Source: an uncultured Clostridia bacterium
GTDB taxonomy: Bacteria; Bacillota; Clostridia; TANB77; CAG-508
Length of the DNA stretch: 60,470 nt
Assembly (NCBI GenBank): GCA_948517135.1
Contig: CAORJJ010000002.1
Coordinates: 671-61,140 of the forward strand
Direction: 5' to 3'
Part shown: positions 57,708 to 60,470 of the stretch, piece after piece
Layout of the letters: each line of letters opens with the position of its first letter
How positions within the stretch are numbered: position 1 is the stretch's first letter
The notes under the pieces: model-generated
Told to the model about the DNA's origin: nothing
The model's database searches: none
What the model saw: the letters and a program-made list of their open reading frames with translations, nothing else
Program-made: the position numbers and the translations under genes

Positions 57708-59300
57708 TTAATAATAAATCATATAATCTATTTCTGGAAATATATCATCTTTATCAAATACATCTAATAAATATTTTGCATCTACTTTATCATTTTTTAT
57801 CTGATAATAAAGTTTTGTAAATCTTCCAATATGATCTTTTATTGATTTATGTGCATATTCAACCATTGTTCCATTAGTTATTATAAATAACCAACAACTG
57901 GTTTGTGCCATTAATAATTCTCTAGCACATTGATTTAAAGCTTGTCTTCTCAATGTGTCACCTTCGTTTGGAAATTTCTGAGCTAACTCACACATCCTAT
58001 CTGCTGCTTTATGCAAATGACGATGTGCATAATCATTAGTTTGATTTAGCCAAACTTCACTATATCCATTTGCTCCCCAGCTTGAGCGACATGGTGTAGA
58101 AACTTGCATTTGTGGATACTTATCTATATATTCTCCTGGTGTAATTAGTTCAAAATTACACTTATCATAATAAATCTTTTTAAATAATATATATAACCAA
58201 TATGGTCCTTCATACCACCAATGTCCATAAAGTTCTGCATCATATGGACAAGTAATAATTGGTGGAACATCCATATAGCTAGATAAATGTTCTATTTGAG
58301 CTGTTCTACAATCTAAAAAGTGTCCTGCTTGTTTTTCTACTGTATCCATTGCCCATTGTACATCATAATAATCTTTTGGGCAATCCTTACCAGTAATTCT
58401 ATAATATTTTATTCCTGTATTTACTCTTGCACCATTACAAGCAATATATGGTTTTATATAATCATAATCACAATCATATCCTATATCTCTATAAAACTCT
58501 CTATAATTGTAATCACCTGGATAACCATTTATAGAACTCCATACTTGTCTTGAAGATTCTAAATCTCTTGCAAAAGCAATTACTCCTCCATGTGAAACTA
58601 TTGGTGCATATGTTCCATAAATTGGTGTTGGATCTGCATATAACATTCCATGCGTTTCAACTATTGTATACTCTATTCCAAATTCTCTTAAATATTTGTC
58701 AGCTTCTGGAACATAACCACATTCTGGAAGCCAAATTCCTCTAGGCTTTCTTCCAAAATATTTTTCATAAGTTTGAACACCAACAGCAATTTGAGCTCTT
58801 ACCGCCTTTTCATTCACATAAAGAATTGGAAAATATCCATGAGTTGCACCACAAGTTATAATTTCTAAATATCCTGCATCTTGAAAATGTTTAAATCCTG
58901 TAATTATATTGCAATTATAAACATCTTTAAATATATGTAAATCATTTTTATATCTTTCTAAATAATAATAAGATAAGCTATTTAATCTTGGTTCATATAC
59001 AGTTCTTTTTACTTCTTTTTCACAAAGTTCTATATGTTTTTCTAAATACTTTATATATCTTTCTTGTAACAATTTGCTATCAAGCATACTTAATAAAGTA
59101 GGTGTGATTGTCATTGTTAATCTAAAATCTACTTTTTCTTCTTCTAGTTTTTTAAAATTAAGTAAAAGTGGAATATAAGTTTCCGAAATAGCTTCATGAA
59201 GCCATTCTTCTTCCAAATAAGTATCGCATTCTGGATGATGAACATAAGGAAGATGTGCATGTAAAACAAAATTTACATATCCTTTTACATTTTTTTTCAT
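57708..59300 (-). CDS. glycoside hydrolase family 57 1,4-alpha-glucan branching enzyme
   Basis: 530 aa. The N-terminus is GYVNFVLHAHLPYV, with the GH57 catalytic region (ELYGHWW) and a DUF1957-type C-terminal helical domain. Confidence 0.88.
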   Translation of the reverse strand: MKKNVKGYVNFVLHAHLPYVHHPECDTYLEEEWLHEAISETYIPLLLNFKKLEEEKVDFRLTMTITPTLLSMLDSKLLQERYIKYLEKHIELCEKEVKRTVYEPRLNSLSYYYLERYKNDLHIFKDVYNCNIITGFKHFQDAGYLEIITCGATHGYFPILYVNEKAVRAQIAVGVQTYEKYFGRKPRGIWLPECGYVPEADKYLREFGIEYTIVETHGMLYADPTPIYGTYAPIVSHGGVIAFARDLESSRQVWSSINGYPGDYNYREFYRDIGYDCDYDYIKPYIACNGARVNTGIKYYRITGKDCPKDYYDVQWAMDTVEKQAGHFLDCRTAQIEHLSSYMDVPPIITCPYDAELYGHWWYEGPYWLYILFKKIYYDKCNFELITPGEYIDKYPQMQVSTPCRSSWGANGYSEVWLNQTNDYAHRHLHKAADRMCELAQKFPNEGDTLRRQALNQCARELLMAQTSCWLFIITNGTMVEYAHKSIKDHIGRFTKLYYQIKNDKVDAKYLLDVFDKDDIFPEIDYMIYY

Positions 59301-59376
59301 TTATATTTTTCCTTTCATTTTGCCATTAAAGAAAATATGCGTGTATATATATAAGTTCATACACGCAATTTAAAAT

Positions 59377-60345
59377 TTATTTAAATATTGAACTATTGAC
59401 TCCTGATGAAGGATTTGACATATCAAACATTCCTTCTGAAAGTTCATCTTGATATGAATCTTGATAAAATTCTTTTATATCATAATTATTTCCAAATGCG
59501 TCTTTAAAGCTTCTTAATTCCTTTGTTATTTCTTCATTTGTTTTTACATTTCTAAAAATAAAAAATCTTGGCAATGATTCGAAAAGAACATGATCATTTG
59601 GAGCTTCCATTTTATTTGAATCTGCAAATGGTAAATAATCTGTTTGAAGGATTATATTGTTTTGCTTAAATTCTGAAAAATTAATTATTTCTGGTTTGTT
59701 TCTAAATTTTCTTCCTAATTGTATAGTATATTTTGTTTTTGAATCTTCAATATCTATATACCAACTATTAGCAAAATCATTTACCACAATCTCTCTTACA
59801 TATTTTTTATCTTCATTATATAATAATAATACTGGATAAGTTTTATAAAAGAAGTCATCACCAAAGGCTTTAGTATATTTTTCTCTGTCATTATCTGAAA
59901 TATCCCAATATACAAACAATTTTTTAGGAGTTTGTGCAAGAACTTTTACTACTGTTTCATTATATCTATATGGTAAATCATAGTATTCTAACATATATTT
60001 TGGTTTATTATATGTATCGACATCTAACTCTTCAACTTTATCATCATCTTCTTCATTTTTTGAACTTTTCTTTTCTTGCTTTGAATTTTTTTCAGACAAA
60101 TCCTTTTTAGCTTCTTCTTGCATTAAAGCAATTTTTGCTAAGAAGTTTTTTATTTTATCGATAACATTTGCTTCATCTACCTTATTTTCTATTTTTTTGT
60201 CAGAATCTTTTTCATTTTGTACTTCTTTACCTGTACTTTCTTCTACTGAAGATTTATTATCAGCAGGAAGCTCAGCCATATTGTTTTCTAATTCTATATT
60301 GTTTTTTTCTTCTAGTTCATTTTCAAACTCTTCAATCTTTGGCAT
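59377..60345 (-). CDS. DUF4912 domain protein (glycogen-cluster associated)
   Basis: The acidic/lysine-rich N-terminus is followed by YDLPYRYNETVVKVLAQTPKKLFVYWDIS, typical of DUF4912, next to GH57. The start is probably ATG 60345 (AAGGAGG upstream); the track ORF begins at TTG 60405. Confidence 0.75.
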   Translation of the reverse strand: MPKIEEFENELEEKNNIELENNMAELPADNKSSVEESTGKEVQNEKDSDKKIENKVDEANVIDKIKNFLAKIALMQEEAKKDLSEKNSKQEKKSSKNEEDDDKVEELDVDTYNKPKYMLEYYDLPYRYNETVVKVLAQTPKKLFVYWDISDNDREKYTKAFGDDFFYKTYPVLLLYNEDKKYVREIVVNDFANSWYIDIEDSKTKYTIQLGRKFRNKPEIINFSEFKQNNIILQTDYLPFADSNKMEAPNDHVLFESLPRFFIFRNVKTNEEITKELRSFKDAFGNNYDIKEFYQDSYQDELSEGMFDMSNPSSGVNSSIFK

Positions 60346-60470
60346 TTCTACTTTTTTATCCTCCTTAGTATTAATTATTTGCACATTTATATAAAATCCA
60401 CCCAAATAATATAGTTATTATATCTATAATAATTTTAAACTTCAATAGTAAATTTTATATTTTTTTATAT

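Overview
This window looks like a chromosomal backbone segment from a very AT-rich, Clostridia-like Firmicute; spoIIP, sigH and a DUF1540-type gene are present. I support 48 protein-coding units, and all but one (tmcAL, 47854-49081) lie on the minus strand. There is one tRNA-Thr(GGT). I saw no rRNA, CRISPR array or recognisable transposase.

Recognisable housekeeping genes are fba, metG, ychF, sigH, rny, murB, pnp, rpsO, tgt, queA, coaE, rnhA, hisS, relA, recJ and ylbF. Glycogen genes (GH57 branching enzyme, a DUF4912 protein, a debranching enzyme) are also present.

The most interesting locus is 2270-12949. A stand-alone tyrosine recombinase sits 90 bp from a perfect 19-bp inverted repeat pair (11775-11793 and 11930-11948). 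The repeats flank a 136-bp segment that carries an outward-facing promoter-like sequence. This segment lies directly upstream of an operon for an FGE-domain surface protein, a 2442-aa wall-anchored adhesin and an XRE regulator. I read it as a candidate invertible, phase-variable promoter switch captured in the OFF orientation.

Other points worth a second look:
- A 22-nt duplication of the tRNA-Thr 3' end encloses a structured 94-nt insert just upstream of ychF.
- Two small islets have higher GC than their surroundings: 23838-24451 and 49128-50095. The second has a consensus promoter and an in-frame TAG.
- An orphan Wzz/BY-kinase fusion carries a roughly 500-aa extension.
- An ABC exporter operon has frameshifts in two adjacent genes, and tmcAL has a frameshift in an A4 run.
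- An intergenic hairpin family recurs at three sites.

All functional calls come from reading motifs by eye. No database search was run.
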